Assembly: GCA_965215515.1 (NCBI GenBank)
Contig: OZ244057.1
Location: forward strand, 1,984,001 to 2,048,000
Source of the DNA: Oligoflexales bacterium
GTDB lineage: Bacteria; Bdellovibrionota_B; Oligoflexia; Oligoflexales; JAPPIL01
Length of the DNA stretch: 64,000 nucleotides
Reading direction: 5' to 3'
In this document: piece after piece, positions 11,818 to 22,558 of the stretch
How positions within the stretch are numbered: position 1 is the stretch's first letter
Layout: each line of letters starts with the position of its first letter
Made by a program: the position numbers and the translations under genes
Notes under the pieces: model-generated
What the model was told of the DNA's origin: nothing
The model's input: only the letters and a program-made list of their open reading frames with translations
Databases searched by the model: none

Positions 11818-14800
11818 GTGCTCGGCAAGCTTGGGCTTACTCTGCTGCTGTGTAGTTGGCAGTCGTCGCTGAAGGCAGGGGTTGTGGGCAGTTTTGACGG
11901 CGTGCGCAACTTGCCAGGCTACATCTCCCTGCAACGCGGTGATGATGCGTATCGTGATTTAGTCAAGCGACCGCGGCGGCGTGGCGATGCCCTTGAGCAG
12001 CGCGGTGCGTCTCGTATTCTGAAGGAAGATTACCTGCGCGACGATGGCACAATCGATATCGCTGCTCTTGACGCGAAGATCATCGCCATCAAGGAGCATG
12101 AAAACGTAGCTTTCCTGACCTATTGTGTCGCAAGGTTGCCCCACGAAGCGGTGCAGCATGTGGAGTGGTGTCAAAGCCGTGCGGACGAAAAAATTAAAAA
12201 AAAGTGGCGGAGGAGCAAACTCGCAGCTATCTACGCTTTTGCCCTCAGCGAGCTGCACAAGGCACGTCAGTGTGCGGCGGGCGTACGCAGCGATAACATC
12301 AACCAGGCATCGAGCCAAAATTTCTTGGAGCATCTGTTTCAGGGTCTAGAAACCTTCGCCAGTATTATCGATACAGACCCTATCAATTCTGATTTTTTCA
12401 ATGCAATTATGCACGGCATCGACTTCAGCAAGGTGCGAGTAGGTTTCGCTGTCGAAGCTGCTAATCTCGTCATTCCCGTAGCGATGAAGGAGAAGTATTC
12501 TGAGTTGCAGAAGCAGGTTTTTTTCTCGCCGCGGCAGTTGCAACGTCTCGCCCCGCGTGAGGGTCTAGACATCTCGGCCATCGACCCTCTGGACTCTGGT
12601 TTTTGGCGTAAACCACATTCAATCCGTGCCTTCAACACCAGCAACTACAACGGCCAAAGTGGTTTGCCCGATGATGTTGCTGACGTACATAAGGAAATCG
12701 CGGTCACCTACGACTGGGATGGCAAGTTTACGGGGCGCACTCCCAAGATGCGCGTGCGCTACCGCGACGAACAATACAAGATGAAATATCTTTCCGAAGC
12801 GATGGACATCGAGCATGCCGATGCGCTGAGTAAGATTCACATGCATTGGCGCAAGCATGCTAGCGAAGTCAACACCGAGACGGTGGTCAATAACATCGCC
12901 GCGGCACTCGGTTTTACTGTCGATCCCACTTTCTTTAAGCACAGTGTCAGGCTGTATCTGCCCTTGCAAGACCCAACTTCGCAGGAAGAATTTGACCGTG
13001 CCTATCAACGTCTGTTAGCTGATCATCGACGTTGGAGCGGTTATACTCCTGACAGGGCTTTAGCGAGAATAGCTAGAGATGAGCGCGGCTATTGGTTTAT
13101 TCGCATGCGTTCGGTGTCGCTGGAGCGGCGTTCGCAAGTGGGTACCGATCTCAACGTCGGTGGTTTTATTAAGGCTGCGTTCAGTCGCCCCCTGAAGCGG
13201 GAGTTCCGTGCCTTCGCCTTGTTCCTCGCTTGGTTCTCGGACTTGGATGTCAAGGACGATAACGCCAGCATCGTGTTGGTAGGTGATGCCGACGGACGCA
13301 AGGTGGCTTACAGTGCCGCAGACATGGGGGCGGTACTCGGTAGCTGGATGGGGAAGGATTCGCCGAATTTTCTCAACCGTGATCTGGTCTCGCGGGTGCG
13401 ACGTAAACCCGATGGCTCGATCTACGAAATCGTGCTCAACTACATCTCTCCGTTCGGCAATTCATCCTTGAACGTCATTAGTATCAGCGATGGTAAGTGG
13501 ATAACACGTCTCATCGCACAGTTGTCGCCGACTCAAATCAAAAAAGCTTTCTTGACCGCGGGCTATTCGGAACTGCTCAGCGAGTATTATACCCAGCTAA
13601 TGCTGCGGCGGCGCGACCAGCTCGTGGAAGTATTCGGGTTGATGGGGCACACGATCACCGATGCTGCGGGCACGAATATTTTTCTCAAGCCTGAGAGTAA
13701 GATGACCGATCCCGACACGTATGCCGTCGAAGGGTACGAGCAGTATTTTAAAGATGGCTATCTGCACGACCCAGAGGGGGAGGTTTCGGACAACCCTGGC
13801 GATTTTGTGCGGCGCTATTACGACCGCAATCTCGTCCATGCAACCCCTGGCACGCTGCAAAATGCCCTTTGGAAAACGGTCGAGGCTTGGCTGAAAATCA
13901 GCACAGTGTCGATGACCAGTCAACGCCTGCACAAGTTGAAAATCACCAACCGCACCTTTGGCCTGCCGTTATTGCGCGGTGGTTTCTGTGCGCGTGAGTG
14001 TTTTTATGACGGTTTACGGATCGGGATCACTAACTTTTTGCCGCAGCGTTTTTTGTTGCGCAACCCCTATGATACAAAAGAGAAACCCCTGCTCGTTGTT
14101 GATGTTTATCGGTTTGGTTTTTTGCTAGGGGCTGACGTGGGGGAGGATTTACCCGCTCGTTTTGGCATCGATGCACCGTTGGACGATCGGATGCCGCAGC
14201 TGCGCTACCAGAAAGTCTATGAGTTTGTAAAAGTCAAGCCGCTGAGCACTATTGTCGATAGCGTCAAAACCTTGCAAGAATTATCTCCGCTACAGGTTTT
14301 GAAGTATGGAAGAATTCACCAGCAGCTTATCGAACAGTTGCAGCCTGGCGAAAGCCTTATCGCCAGCACCTATTTGAGCCGTGGGGCAGGAGTGCAGCTC
14401 GGCAAGTACCCGTTTCTCAGCCGTCCGATGGTCAATGCGGAGATTGATCTGAGTCATATCGTCGTGAGTCGCAAGGCTTTAATCAGGAGCGCGGATAAAT
14501 TTTTGTTTCAGTTTTCTGATCTCAAAGCTAGCAAATTCAAGGCGGAGATAGGAGGCGAGTTGCTGTTGACTGATTTTCCTCTTCTCAGTTGGAAAATGGA
14601 AAAGCTTGCCCAAATGGATCGGGTCTTCGCATTACCCGCCGCGGGGGAGCATTACAGCTTGCTGGAGGAGAACCTGGCGGCGCGCTTACCTTCTGATGAT
14701 ATAGCTGACTTTGCCGTAATCGCACGTGCCGTTGCACGTGTCAAAAACCAGTTCAGTCTTATCCTGAAACCAGCAAAGTTTTTCTTATCCGACACAGATA

Positions 14801-15708
14801 TCGCTACGATCAAAACAGACGGCAGCGCGGGTGCTGCTGAACTGCACATTGCGACAGTAACAGAAAAAAAGAAATTCAGGTATTTACCTTTCTACAGTTC
14901 ACACAATACCACGCTCGAAAGTTTTGTTACTCAGGACGAGCAGGTATTCGTCAGGCTGCGGATGAAATTCAAAAACCTTTTTGGTAAACGTGAGCACTTC
15001 AAGTGGGTTTACCAGCACATGTTGCCGCTGCTAGGCAGACCATTTATCTTGTTTACGCCTGAGGATGTTAACTACTACCTCGATGATTTTGAATTCGCGG
15101 GCGAGGTTTACCTTCTTCCCGAAGGGGTGGAAAAAATTATGGCTTATAGGCAGGTAACCAAACAAGAATTTTGTGTAGCCTATGCCAACGCGGCGGGTAA
15201 ACTAAACCCCCAACGATGGTGTGAGAAACTGTTCGCTGACGAACTCGGTACGTTTACGGGACGAGGACGTATGCGAAGCTACGACGAGCGGAGGTTTAGA
15301 AGTTTTTTCGGTCGTTACCTCGAAGCCACCCATAGCTGGCTACGGCAACCGACGGGTGACATGTCGGAAGAAGAGCGTGACCAGCTGTGGCGTGATAAAG
15401 CACGGACAATCGCTAGAATGCTCAGTGTGGATGGGTTCAATGCCGCGGTGTGGAAAATGTGGCAGCGCATCGCAGGAGAAGAAAACATTTACCGTGACGG
15501 CATTCTCACTTCACGTACGGGCGGTTTTCCATCCCAGAGCAAGATAGTTGCCATGCCTGCCTCAGTGCGTGGTCGAGCGGGAGAAAGGGTGGCGGAGGTT
15601 TACAGAAACATCGTGCAGTCGGTGCAAATTTCTACCGATCCGCTGTTCAGTGAACTCAGCCAAGTGTTCTACGAGCCGATGGGGGAAGGCTACTTTTCCG
15701 ATCGCTAG
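11818..15708 (+). CDS. Large hypothetical protein, probably exported, with a putative atypical kinase-like domain
   Basis: Long ORF (track start 11722); in-frame GTG at 11818 after a G-rich SD gives a signal-peptide-like N-terminus; ordered motifs GxxxGRTPK, YKMKY, EVNTE, DVKDDN, DMG. Confidence 0.75.
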   Translation: MLGKLGLTLLLCSWQSSLKAGVVGSFDGVRNLPGYISLQRGDDAYRDLVKRPRRRGDALEQRGASRILKEDYLRDDGTIDIAALDAKIIAIKEHENVAFLTYCVARLPHEAVQHVEWCQSRADEKIKKKWRRSKLAAIYAFALSELHKARQCAAGVRSDNINQASSQNFLEHLFQGLETFASIIDTDPINSDFFNAIMHGIDFSKVRVGFAVEAANLVIPVAMKEKYSELQKQVFFSPRQLQRLAPREGLDISAIDPLDSGFWRKPHSIRAFNTSNYNGQSGLPDDVADVHKEIAVTYDWDGKFTGRTPKMRVRYRDEQYKMKYLSEAMDIEHADALSKIHMHWRKHASEVNTETVVNNIAAALGFTVDPTFFKHSVRLYLPLQDPTSQEEFDRAYQRLLADHRRWSGYTPDRALARIARDERGYWFIRMRSVSLERRSQVGTDLNVGGFIKAAFSRPLKREFRAFALFLAWFSDLDVKDDNASIVLVGDADGRKVAYSAADMGAVLGSWMGKDSPNFLNRDLVSRVRRKPDGSIYEIVLNYISPFGNSSLNVISISDGKWITRLIAQLSPTQIKKAFLTAGYSELLSEYYTQLMLRRRDQLVEVFGLMGHTITDAAGTNIFLKPESKMTDPDTYAVEGYEQYFKDGYLHDPEGEVSDNPGDFVRRYYDRNLVHATPGTLQNALWKTVEAWLKISTVSMTSQRLHKLKITNRTFGLPLLRGGFCARECFYDGLRIGITNFLPQRFLLRNPYDTKEKPLLVVDVYRFGFLLGADVGEDLPARFGIDAPLDDRMPQLRYQKVYEFVKVKPLSTIVDSVKTLQELSPLQVLKYGRIHQQLIEQLQPGESLIASTYLSRGAGVQLGKYPFLSRPMVNAEIDLSHIVVSRKALIRSADKFLFQFSDLKASKFKAEIGGELLLTDFPLLSWKMEKLAQMDRVFALPAAGEHYSLLEENLAARLPSDDIADFAVIARAVARVKNQFSLILKPAKFFLSDTDIATIKTDGSAGAAELHIATVTEKKKFRYLPFYSSHNTTLESFVTQDEQVFVRLRMKFKNLFGKREHFKWVYQHMLPLLGRPFILFTPEDVNYYLDDFEFAGEVYLLPEGVEKIMAYRQVTKQEFCVAYANAAGKLNPQRWCEKLFADELGTFTGRGRMRSYDERRFRSFFGRYLEATHSWLRQPTGDMSEEERDQLWRDKARTIARMLSVDGFNAAVWKMWQRIAGEENIYRDGILTSRTGGFPSQSKIVAMPASVRGRAGERVAEVYRNIVQSVQISTDPLFSELSQVFYEPMGEGYFSDR

Positions 15709-15768
15709 GATAGTGGTCGGTCTCTCAGCCTATACCGCGACCATGTGATGCCAGGGGATTGATACGAG

Positions 15769-16791
15769 TTGCCGATCGAACTGACCGTCAAGGTGCCAGG
15801 CAAGGTTATGCTCTGTGGTGAGTATCACGTGCTGACTCGTGGTGCGCAAGCGCTGGCGTTCGCTCTCGTCGCCTACCTGGAGATTTACGTGCGCTACGGC
15901 ACAGCCGCACGCCAGTCACTGCTGCTGCACTCCAACCTCTGGGAGATGCCGCGGCGGGTCGACGCGCAGACAGGACACGATAGCATGCTTGTCGCCACCG
16001 TAGGCGCGCTGATGCCCCCTGGTAAACATCGGATTGAAGAGATACGGATTAACTCACAGCTGCACCCTAGCTACGGCTTTGGTTCGTCATCGGCACTGCG
16101 TCTAGGGCTGGTCTACATCGCCTACCTGCAAACGTGTGGAGGCAGTTTGCTCGTGCCCCAAGCTAAACGCTGGCAACTGGCGCGGCAAGCCTTCGCTCTC
16201 CAAAAAAAAAGCCAGCAACTGGCCTCTGGTTACGATGTGGCAACACAGCTGGTCGGCGGCATCGTCACCTACCGTAGCGAGGGCGGCGAGTGGCCACCCT
16301 CCCCGAACGTGCAGTCACTGCCAGCACACACCGAGAAAAACGCGCGCAGCAACCTCAAAAACTGCGTCCACCTCTTCGTCGGTGGTCGGGGAACAAACAC
16401 CCGCACCGTCACCCACGCGACGCAAAACTGGCTTGCCACCCAAAGGCAATTGCCTCTAGCCGTAGTTTCGGATAGGCTGAGATGTGCTTTCCTAGGCACC
16501 CTGCACGACCTGCATAACCTACCCACCCTGATCGCGGCAACGGCGCAATGGCGAGAGTGGTTTGCCTCCTCTCCCCACTTCCCTCGCCGCGTAGATACCG
16601 CGCTGCACGGTGTTCACGGACGAGATAGGGAATGGAGCTGGAAAACCAGCGGTGCAGGTGGCGAAGATGCCCTTATCGTTATCGGACTCCAGCAAAACAT
16701 CACGGCAGTCACCGCCCGCCTCGCTGCACTCGGCTGGCAACGTTACCACTACAACATCGCAACGCACGGTATACACTGGCAACGAGTTTGA
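15769..16791 (+). CDS. GHMP-family kinase, (phospho)mevalonate kinase-like
   Basis: PGKVMLCGEY, GFGSSSA, SGYD, KTSGAGGED. Confidence 0.85.
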   Translation: MPIELTVKVPGKVMLCGEYHVLTRGAQALAFALVAYLEIYVRYGTAARQSLLLHSNLWEMPRRVDAQTGHDSMLVATVGALMPPGKHRIEEIRINSQLHPSYGFGSSSALRLGLVYIAYLQTCGGSLLVPQAKRWQLARQAFALQKKSQQLASGYDVATQLVGGIVTYRSEGGEWPPSPNVQSLPAHTEKNARSNLKNCVHLFVGGRGTNTRTVTHATQNWLATQRQLPLAVVSDRLRCAFLGTLHDLHNLPTLIAATAQWREWFASSPHFPRRVDTALHGVHGRDREWSWKTSGAGGEDALIVIGLQQNITAVTARLAALGWQRYHYNIATHGIHWQRV

Positions 16792-16865
16792 AAAAATTGT
16801 CCACAGTCGCTTGCAGCTGTGCTACAATGAGCCGTTTCTGACTTGACGCGGGGGAGTACCGTAGA

Positions 16866-18026
16866 GTGCAAGGTAGGTATTTGTTCACCTCGGAGTCGGT
16901 GAGCGAAGGACATCCCGACAAAATATGCGATCAGGTTAGCGATGCCGTGCTCGATGCGTTGCTGGCCAAGGACACACAAGCACGGGTGGCTTGTGAGGCA
17001 TTGGTGAAGACAGGACTGCTGGTGCTAGCAGGTGAGGTCAGCAGCACCGCACACGTCGATTACGGACAGCTGGCCAGGGAGGTGATCGCCGACATCGGCT
17101 ACGACGACCTCGCTCTGGGTTTCGATGCCAGCACCTGTGGAGTGCTAGTGGCAATCGAAGAACAATCACGGGACATCGCCATCGGCGTTAACGAAGGTAG
17201 CGGTCTGGATCGCAGACTAGGAGCAGGCGATCAGGGAATGATGTTCGGCTACGCGTGCGAGGAAACACCTGAACTGATGCCAGCTACCATCAGCTACTCA
17301 CACCAACTGCTACGTAACCTCGCCGAACAACGACGCCGCGGTAAGGTTAAATTCTTGCGCCCCGATGCCAAAAGTCAAGTAACAGCCATCTACGAAAATG
17401 ACCGTATGGTCGGCATCGACGCAGTAGTCGTCTCAACCCAACACCATAAAGAAATTAGCCGCGATGACCTGAAAGAATTCGTCATCGAAGAATGCATCCG
17501 TCAAGTCATCCCCGCGGAGTTGCTGTGTGCTGACACGGATTTTTTTGTCAACGAAACAGGAAACTTCGAGGTCGGAGGGCCACATGGTGATTGCGGCTTG
17601 ACAGGGCGCAAAATCATCGTCGATACCTACGGCGGACACGGCTCGCACGGCGGAGGGGCGTTTTCAGGCAAAGACCCCACCAAGGTCGATCGCTCGGCCT
17701 CCTACATGGCGCGCTGTATTGCCAAAAACCTCGTCGCCGCAGGCACGTGTGGCAAGTGCTTAGTGCAAATTGCCTATGTTATTGGCAAAGCAGAGCCAGT
17801 GTCGGTGTACGTCAACACCTATGGCACAGCGAAGGTGGGCGGGATAGACTTCCCCCAACTGGTGAGAGAAACCTTCGCCCTGCAACTGAAGGACATCATC
17901 ACCTCGCTCGATCTGCGCCGCCCTATCTATCGAGAGACCGCGGCATACGGTCATTTTGGGCGCAACCAGTTTCCGTGGGAAAAACTTTCTCATGTTGATA
18001 AAATCAAGGAGAAGATCTTCAGCTAG
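16866..18026 (+). CDS. metK: S-adenosylmethionine synthetase
   Basis: [35 protein letters not shown]. Confidence 0.99.
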   Translation: MQGRYLFTSESVSEGHPDKICDQVSDAVLDALLAKDTQARVACEALVKTGLLVLAGEVSSTAHVDYGQLAREVIADIGYDDLALGFDASTCGVLVAIEEQSRDIAIGVNEGSGLDRRLGAGDQGMMFGYACEETPELMPATISYSHQLLRNLAEQRRRGKVKFLRPDAKSQVTAIYENDRMVGIDAVVVSTQHHKEISRDDLKEFVIEECIRQVIPAELLCADTDFFVNETGNFEVGGPHGDCGLTGRKIIVDTYGGHGSHGGGAFSGKDPTKVDRSASYMARCIAKNLVAAGTCGKCLVQIAYVIGKAEPVSVYVNTYGTAKVGGIDFPQLVRETFALQLKDIITSLDLRRPIYRETAAYGHFGRNQFPWEKLSHVDKIKEKIFS

Positions 18027-18042
18027 CATTAAGGGAGAGGGG

Positions 18043-18558
18043 ATGCGCAAAAAACTCTACTTGATCAACCGCCACTTTCAGTTCCGCTTCATGTGGTTGG
18101 CGGTGACGGTGGGCTTGTTCTCAACCGTGCTGACCGCCATTATTATTCTCTACCCGCTGTTCATGTTCCGCATTCTGCGTATCCCAGAGTTTCTGCCACT
18201 GCCCATATTCGGGGTCATGACACTGGCCGCACTGGTTAACATCGCTCTGATAAGCTACCTGACTATCACCGTGACCCACCGCGTCGTCGGGCCGCTGTAT
18301 AACCTCGTGCGCAACATGCGACGCTTCGAATCACCCAACTGGAACGGGCATATCCGCGTGCGCGAGAAAGACGAACTGCAGTATGTAATGCGTAACTTCA
18401 ACAACATGATCGACTGCATCGTCGGCACAATCAACAAAGACCTCGAAGTTCTACAAAAATCAAACAACAATACTCCAGAAATGAAAAACTTAACGCAATC
18501 CCTCCAAAAACGCACCGAAGAATTTCATTCGCTGTACACCGAAGAAACACCGTCGTGA
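18043..18558 (+). CDS. Two-TM membrane protein with HAMP-like domain
   Basis: Two hydrophobic helices then THRVVGPL...REKDELQ...FNNM; ATG at 18043 after GGAGAGG. Confidence 0.7.
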   Translation: MRKKLYLINRHFQFRFMWLAVTVGLFSTVLTAIIILYPLFMFRILRIPEFLPLPIFGVMTLAALVNIALISYLTITVTHRVVGPLYNLVRNMRRFESPNWNGHIRVREKDELQYVMRNFNNMIDCIVGTINKDLEVLQKSNNNTPEMKNLTQSLQKRTEEFHSLYTEETPS

Positions 18559-19178
18559 TTTACCAACTGCAAGGCACGTTTACCACACGCATCCCTGACG
18601 GTTTCGTATTGACCACCACGGCAGGAGTGGGCTACCAAGTGCTGTGCGCTGCACGCACCGCGGATTTTTTTGCAGAACAGCCACACGTCGAAGTGTGGAT
18701 CTTTACCCACCTGAAAGATAACGGGCTATGTCTGTACGGATTCAGCACCCAACAAGAACGAGAGTTCTTCGCTGAACTGACCGCCATCAACGGCATAGGC
18801 CCAAAGCTAGCCCTGCTGCTGCTAGAAACACTGACCATTAGCGAAATCCTACAAGCAGCCACAGCAGAAAGACACCACGCCTTCCTGCAAGTGACAGGAG
18901 TCGGCGAAAGAACAGCCCGCAAACTAACCCTGGAAATTAAACACCGCCTGCCCAAACTACAAACACTGCTGCCACCCCTACCGACAACACAAACCACCCC
19001 CCATCTACAACGACAAAAAGAAGTCGTTTCCGCCCTACTTAACATGGGATTTGCCGAGAAAAACGTACGCAATGTCCTGATCGACTTCAACTGGCAACAA
19101 AAAAACGATACTCAAACCCTGCTGCGACGAGCACTGCAAATGATGACACGCCACACCGCACAAGAGGCACAACCATGA
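18555..19178 (+). CDS. ruvA: Holliday junction branch migration protein RuvA
   Basis: GVGYQV, LYGF, NGIGPKLA, GVGERTARKL, ALLNMGF. Confidence 0.95.
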   Translation: MIYQLQGTFTTRIPDGFVLTTTAGVGYQVLCAARTADFFAEQPHVEVWIFTHLKDNGLCLYGFSTQQEREFFAELTAINGIGPKLALLLLETLTISEILQAATAERHHAFLQVTGVGERTARKLTLEIKHRLPKLQTLLPPLPTTQTTPHLQRQKEVVSALLNMGFAEKNVRNVLIDFNWQQKNDTQTLLRRALQMMTRHTAQEAQP

Positions 19179-19194
19179 ACGGAACAAAAACAAA

Positions 19195-20229
19195 ATGCAA
19201 CACAAACACAACGGAGTAGCCACCACACGTTTCATCGCAGCAGAACAAACAGAGAAGGATGCCATAGCCGAGTCCGACAGACAACTCAGACCACAATCCT
19301 TCGCCGACTACCCTGGACAAACACGGGCCAAAAGTAACCTGACCACCTACGTCAAAGCAGCACGCCTGCGCGACGAAGTGATGGATCACGTCCTCCTACA
19401 CGGCCCGCCAGGCTTAGGCAAAACAACCCTCGGCCGTATCATCGCTAACGAATTAGGTATGCCCTTCTTCGCTACCAGCGCACCTGGCCTTGAAAAACAA
19501 GGAGATTTGGCAGGAATTTTGGCAAGCTTCGAACAACGCACAACGGTGTTCGTCGACGAAATCCACCGCCTACCAAAAACAGTAGAAGAAACACTTTACG
19601 CCGCGATGGAAGACTTCGCCCTCGACCTCGTCGTTGGACAAGGACAAGCGGCACGCCCCCTGAAAATGCCAATCGCAGCATTCACCCTAGTCGGGGCCAC
19701 AACACGAGTATCACTGCTGTCACGCCCACTGCTGAGCCGCTTCGGCATTCAAGAACGCCTTGAATTCTACACCGCCACAGAACTTGCACAAATCATCACC
19801 CGCGCCGCCCGCGTGCTCGCCATCCCCATCAACGCCTCTGGCTGCGCCGAAATCAGCTGCCGAGCACGAGGCACACCACGCATCGCTAACCGACTCCTAC
19901 GACGAGTATGGGACTTCGCAGTCGTCGCAGGCCACAAAGAAATCAACCGACAAATTACCCGCCATGCCCTGCAACAACTCGAAATCGACGGCGACGGACT
20001 CGACCGAGTCGATCGCGCCATCCTCCACACACTCCACGACCAGTACCAGGACGGCCCCGTCGGTATCGATACCCTGTCCGCCTCCCTCGGCGAAGAACGC
20101 AAAACTATCGAAGAAGTCTACGAACCATTCCTCGTTTACAACGGCTACCTTACCCGCTCACCCCGAGGACGAGTACTAACTACACGCGGCATCGCACACA
20201 TCACCAACCACACCCCGACAACGCTCTAG
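19195..20229 (+). CDS. ruvB: Holliday junction DNA helicase RuvB
   Basis: LRPQSFADYPGQ, GPPGLGKTT, FVDEIHRL, GATTR, RGTPRIANRLLRR. Confidence 0.98.
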   Translation: MQHKHNGVATTRFIAAEQTEKDAIAESDRQLRPQSFADYPGQTRAKSNLTTYVKAARLRDEVMDHVLLHGPPGLGKTTLGRIIANELGMPFFATSAPGLEKQGDLAGILASFEQRTTVFVDEIHRLPKTVEETLYAAMEDFALDLVVGQGQAARPLKMPIAAFTLVGATTRVSLLSRPLLSRFGIQERLEFYTATELAQIITRAARVLAIPINASGCAEISCRARGTPRIANRLLRRVWDFAVVAGHKEINRQITRHALQQLEIDGDGLDRVDRAILHTLHDQYQDGPVGIDTLSASLGEERKTIEEVYEPFLVYNGYLTRSPRGRVLTTRGIAHITNHTPTTL

Positions 20230-21284
20230 TTCTGGACAGGAATGCCACTCTTGAAATAACCCTCTCTGTTAGCGTCGGTATCACCTTCGCCAGAGAAAAA
20301 CGCGGTGCGAGGGTCTAGCTCATCTTTTGCGTACTTACCGTGCGCCCACTTGCCTGACGAGTTTTCCAAAAATTCTGCCGCGTTTACCTTAAACTGTTTC
20401 TCTAACGCTGACGAAGCGGCGGTGTGCACCCGCTCAGCATCAAAGTAACGCACACCGCCAAAACTAGCGTCTGCACACGACTTGTTGAAGTCTTCCCCCG
20501 CCCCAATGTCGCAGGTGGCAAACAAAACTGCTGAACCGCTATCTTTCAGATGCGCTAAGGCCAAGTATATTTTGCTGGAATAATCATGATGGTAGAGACG
20601 CAAGCCGAGCAGATGCTCTTTGTCAGTCCCAGAGCCGTGCTCTACGAGATAACTGCGTTGCACAACATTCTTGCCCTCCCCCGCCTGCAAAAAGAAAACA
20701 CTCGCGATCTGTCGCAAGCCGTCTTGCTTATCCAGCTCAATGCGGGTTTGAGTTCTGAAGCCGTTTTCCTGCAAGTAAAGATTAACCATCTTGCCCGTAA
20801 CCGTATCAGCCTCACCATCGGTCATAGGAACTTCGCCCGTATCGCTATCCTTTTGCTCCTCCCACTCCACAAAACGCGTGCCATCCCACAACTCAGCGCT
20901 CTGTCGGTGAGAGCGGTGAAGAACCCGCACGTCAGTTTCGTCAACGATCTCAGCCCCATCTTCTCTTGCCTGCTGACGCATGTTGCAGTCGTAAAACAAC
21001 GCCTGGGCATAGCCGTAACCAGCCATGCCCAACGCTATCTCATTACCGCTCTCACTCTTCCCCAGCGCGTCGGCCATAGCAGCACCAGCCGTGTCACGGT
21101 GTTCCATCTTCGCAATGCAATCACCATCGTGCTGCAAAGTTAACGAGGTAGCCCAGTCCTTCGTAATGTAGGAGAAAGGTTGTGCCGCGAAAGCAGGCGG
21201 TACAGCTCCGCTCCCACCCTGCTTGTCACTACTGAAACCACAACCAACCACAAGCAAAGCTACCGAGAGCAAAATAATCATCAT
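20226..21284 (-). CDS. Hypothetical lipoprotein
   Basis: MMIILLSVALLVVGC lipobox-like signal; ATG at 21284 after AAAGGTGG; long ORF. Confidence 0.7.
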   Translation of the reverse strand: MMIILLSVALLVVGCGFSSDKQGGSGAVPPAFAAQPFSYITKDWATSLTLQHDGDCIAKMEHRDTAGAAMADALGKSESGNEIALGMAGYGYAQALFYDCNMRQQAREDGAEIVDETDVRVLHRSHRQSAELWDGTRFVEWEEQKDSDTGEVPMTDGEADTVTGKMVNLYLQENGFRTQTRIELDKQDGLRQIASVFFLQAGEGKNVVQRSYLVEHGSGTDKEHLLGLRLYHHDYSSKIYLALAHLKDSGSAVLFATCDIGAGEDFNKSCADASFGGVRYFDAERVHTAASSALEKQFKVNAAEFLENSSGKWAHGKYAKDELDPRTAFFSGEGDTDANREGYFKSGIPVQN

Positions 21285-21512
21285 GCCACCTTTCTCAAAT
21301 TTTACGCCGAACCATACCACCATGCTACCACGTCGGTCACGTCGTTGCAAATACCACTTGTAGATGACCCCATAGAGGGCAAGGGAGGTGTTTTTTTAAG
21401 AGCATCTATACGTCGCACCGCACAAAACGCTTGGCATGATCTTAGCGAGAATGTACATGGAGCTTCGCCAGGCTGGCTAGACCGTCCGTTTTGAAGGAAG
21501 ACGACCCCACAG

Positions 21513-22511
21513 ATGACTTGCGCAACAAAGCCCATGTCCCCCTCCTCCTCGGCAGAGGTGCTACGCTACCGAGCACAGGTGTTCGCTTTTCTCAGGCAAT
21601 ACTTCACTGCGCATGGTTTTCTTGAAATCGAGACCCCACTGCTCGTCACCTGCCCAGGCACCGAACCCTACCTGCGCTACTTCAGTAGCCACTGGCAAGA
21701 CGAGCGTGGACGGCGACGGCGCAAGTTCTTGCGTTCCAGTCCCGAACTGCACATGAAACAGGTACTGAGCCATGCGACACCGAAAATCTTTCAGCTAGGC
21801 ACGTGTTTTCGCAACGGTGGCGAACACAGCACATGGCATCACCCTGAATTCACCCTGCTCGAATGGTACGAAGCAGAGACAGAATTCGAGACTTTCATCA
21901 CTTTCACCACCGATCTGCTAACCGAACTGTTTCGACAACACGGACAACGCCCGCTCCCTGCCCTGCACAAATTCACCGTCTATGATGCTTTCGCCGAGTT
22001 CGCAGGCATCGTCTTGCACGACAACGATCCCCAACTAGGACATGAGGCTGCGGCAAAAGGTTGTGTCTCGGTACAGAAAAGCGACGATTTCCCTACCGCC
22101 TTTTTCAAGGTGTTGCTAGAATGTATCGAGCCACGGCTGCGCAAACTCGGCAACGTGCTACTTTACAACTACCCACCCTCACAGGCAGCGCTCGCGAAGG
22201 TGGTGGCAGGACGTGCCCAGCGTTTCGAAATTTATCTCGACGGCATAGAAATTTGCAACGCCTTCGCCGAATGCCTCGACAAGGAAGAAAATGCACGGCG
22301 TTTCGCGACCTACGCACGTCTCAGACACGCACACGGCCTGCCACCCGTACCGCGTGACACGTACTTCGAGGCGGCTTTGCAGCGAGGCATACCACCCGCC
22401 TGCGGCAACGCACTCGGGATCGATCGTGTTCTCGCCCTACTGCGCGGTGCACCTGACCTCGATGCAGTACTACCGTTTCGTACCCAATTTACTCTCAAGT
22501 CTGCGCAGTAA
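21513..22511 (+). CDS. epmA: EF-P lysine aminoacylase EpmA (GenX/PoxA)
   Basis: LysRS catalytic domain without anticodon-binding domain: SSPELHMK, FRNG, HHPEFTLLEWY, ALGIDR. Confidence 0.9.
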   Translation: MTCATKPMSPSSSAEVLRYRAQVFAFLRQYFTAHGFLEIETPLLVTCPGTEPYLRYFSSHWQDERGRRRRKFLRSSPELHMKQVLSHATPKIFQLGTCFRNGGEHSTWHHPEFTLLEWYEAETEFETFITFTTDLLTELFRQHGQRPLPALHKFTVYDAFAEFAGIVLHDNDPQLGHEAAAKGCVSVQKSDDFPTAFFKVLLECIEPRLRKLGNVLLYNYPPSQAALAKVVAGRAQRFEIYLDGIEICNAFAECLDKEENARRFATYARLRHAHGLPPVPRDTYFEAALQRGIPPACGNALGIDRVLALLRGAPDLDAVLPFRTQFTLKSAQ

Positions 22512-22520
22512 CACACCGAC
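22495..22520 (+). promoter_or_regulatory. Putative sigma28 (FliA)-type promoter
   Basis: TCAAG-N15-ACCGAC upstream of the lipoprotein gene at 22559. Confidence 0.4.
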
Positions 22521-22558
22521 AACAGGTGTGAGTGAGTGCTACAAAAGGAGATGCTGGG

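Noticed and set aside
16792..16865. SAM riboswitch or DnaA-box origin upstream of metK
   Set aside because: The gap is only about 74 nt with no recognisable aptamer; a single mismatched DnaA box (TTGTCCACA) is expected by chance.
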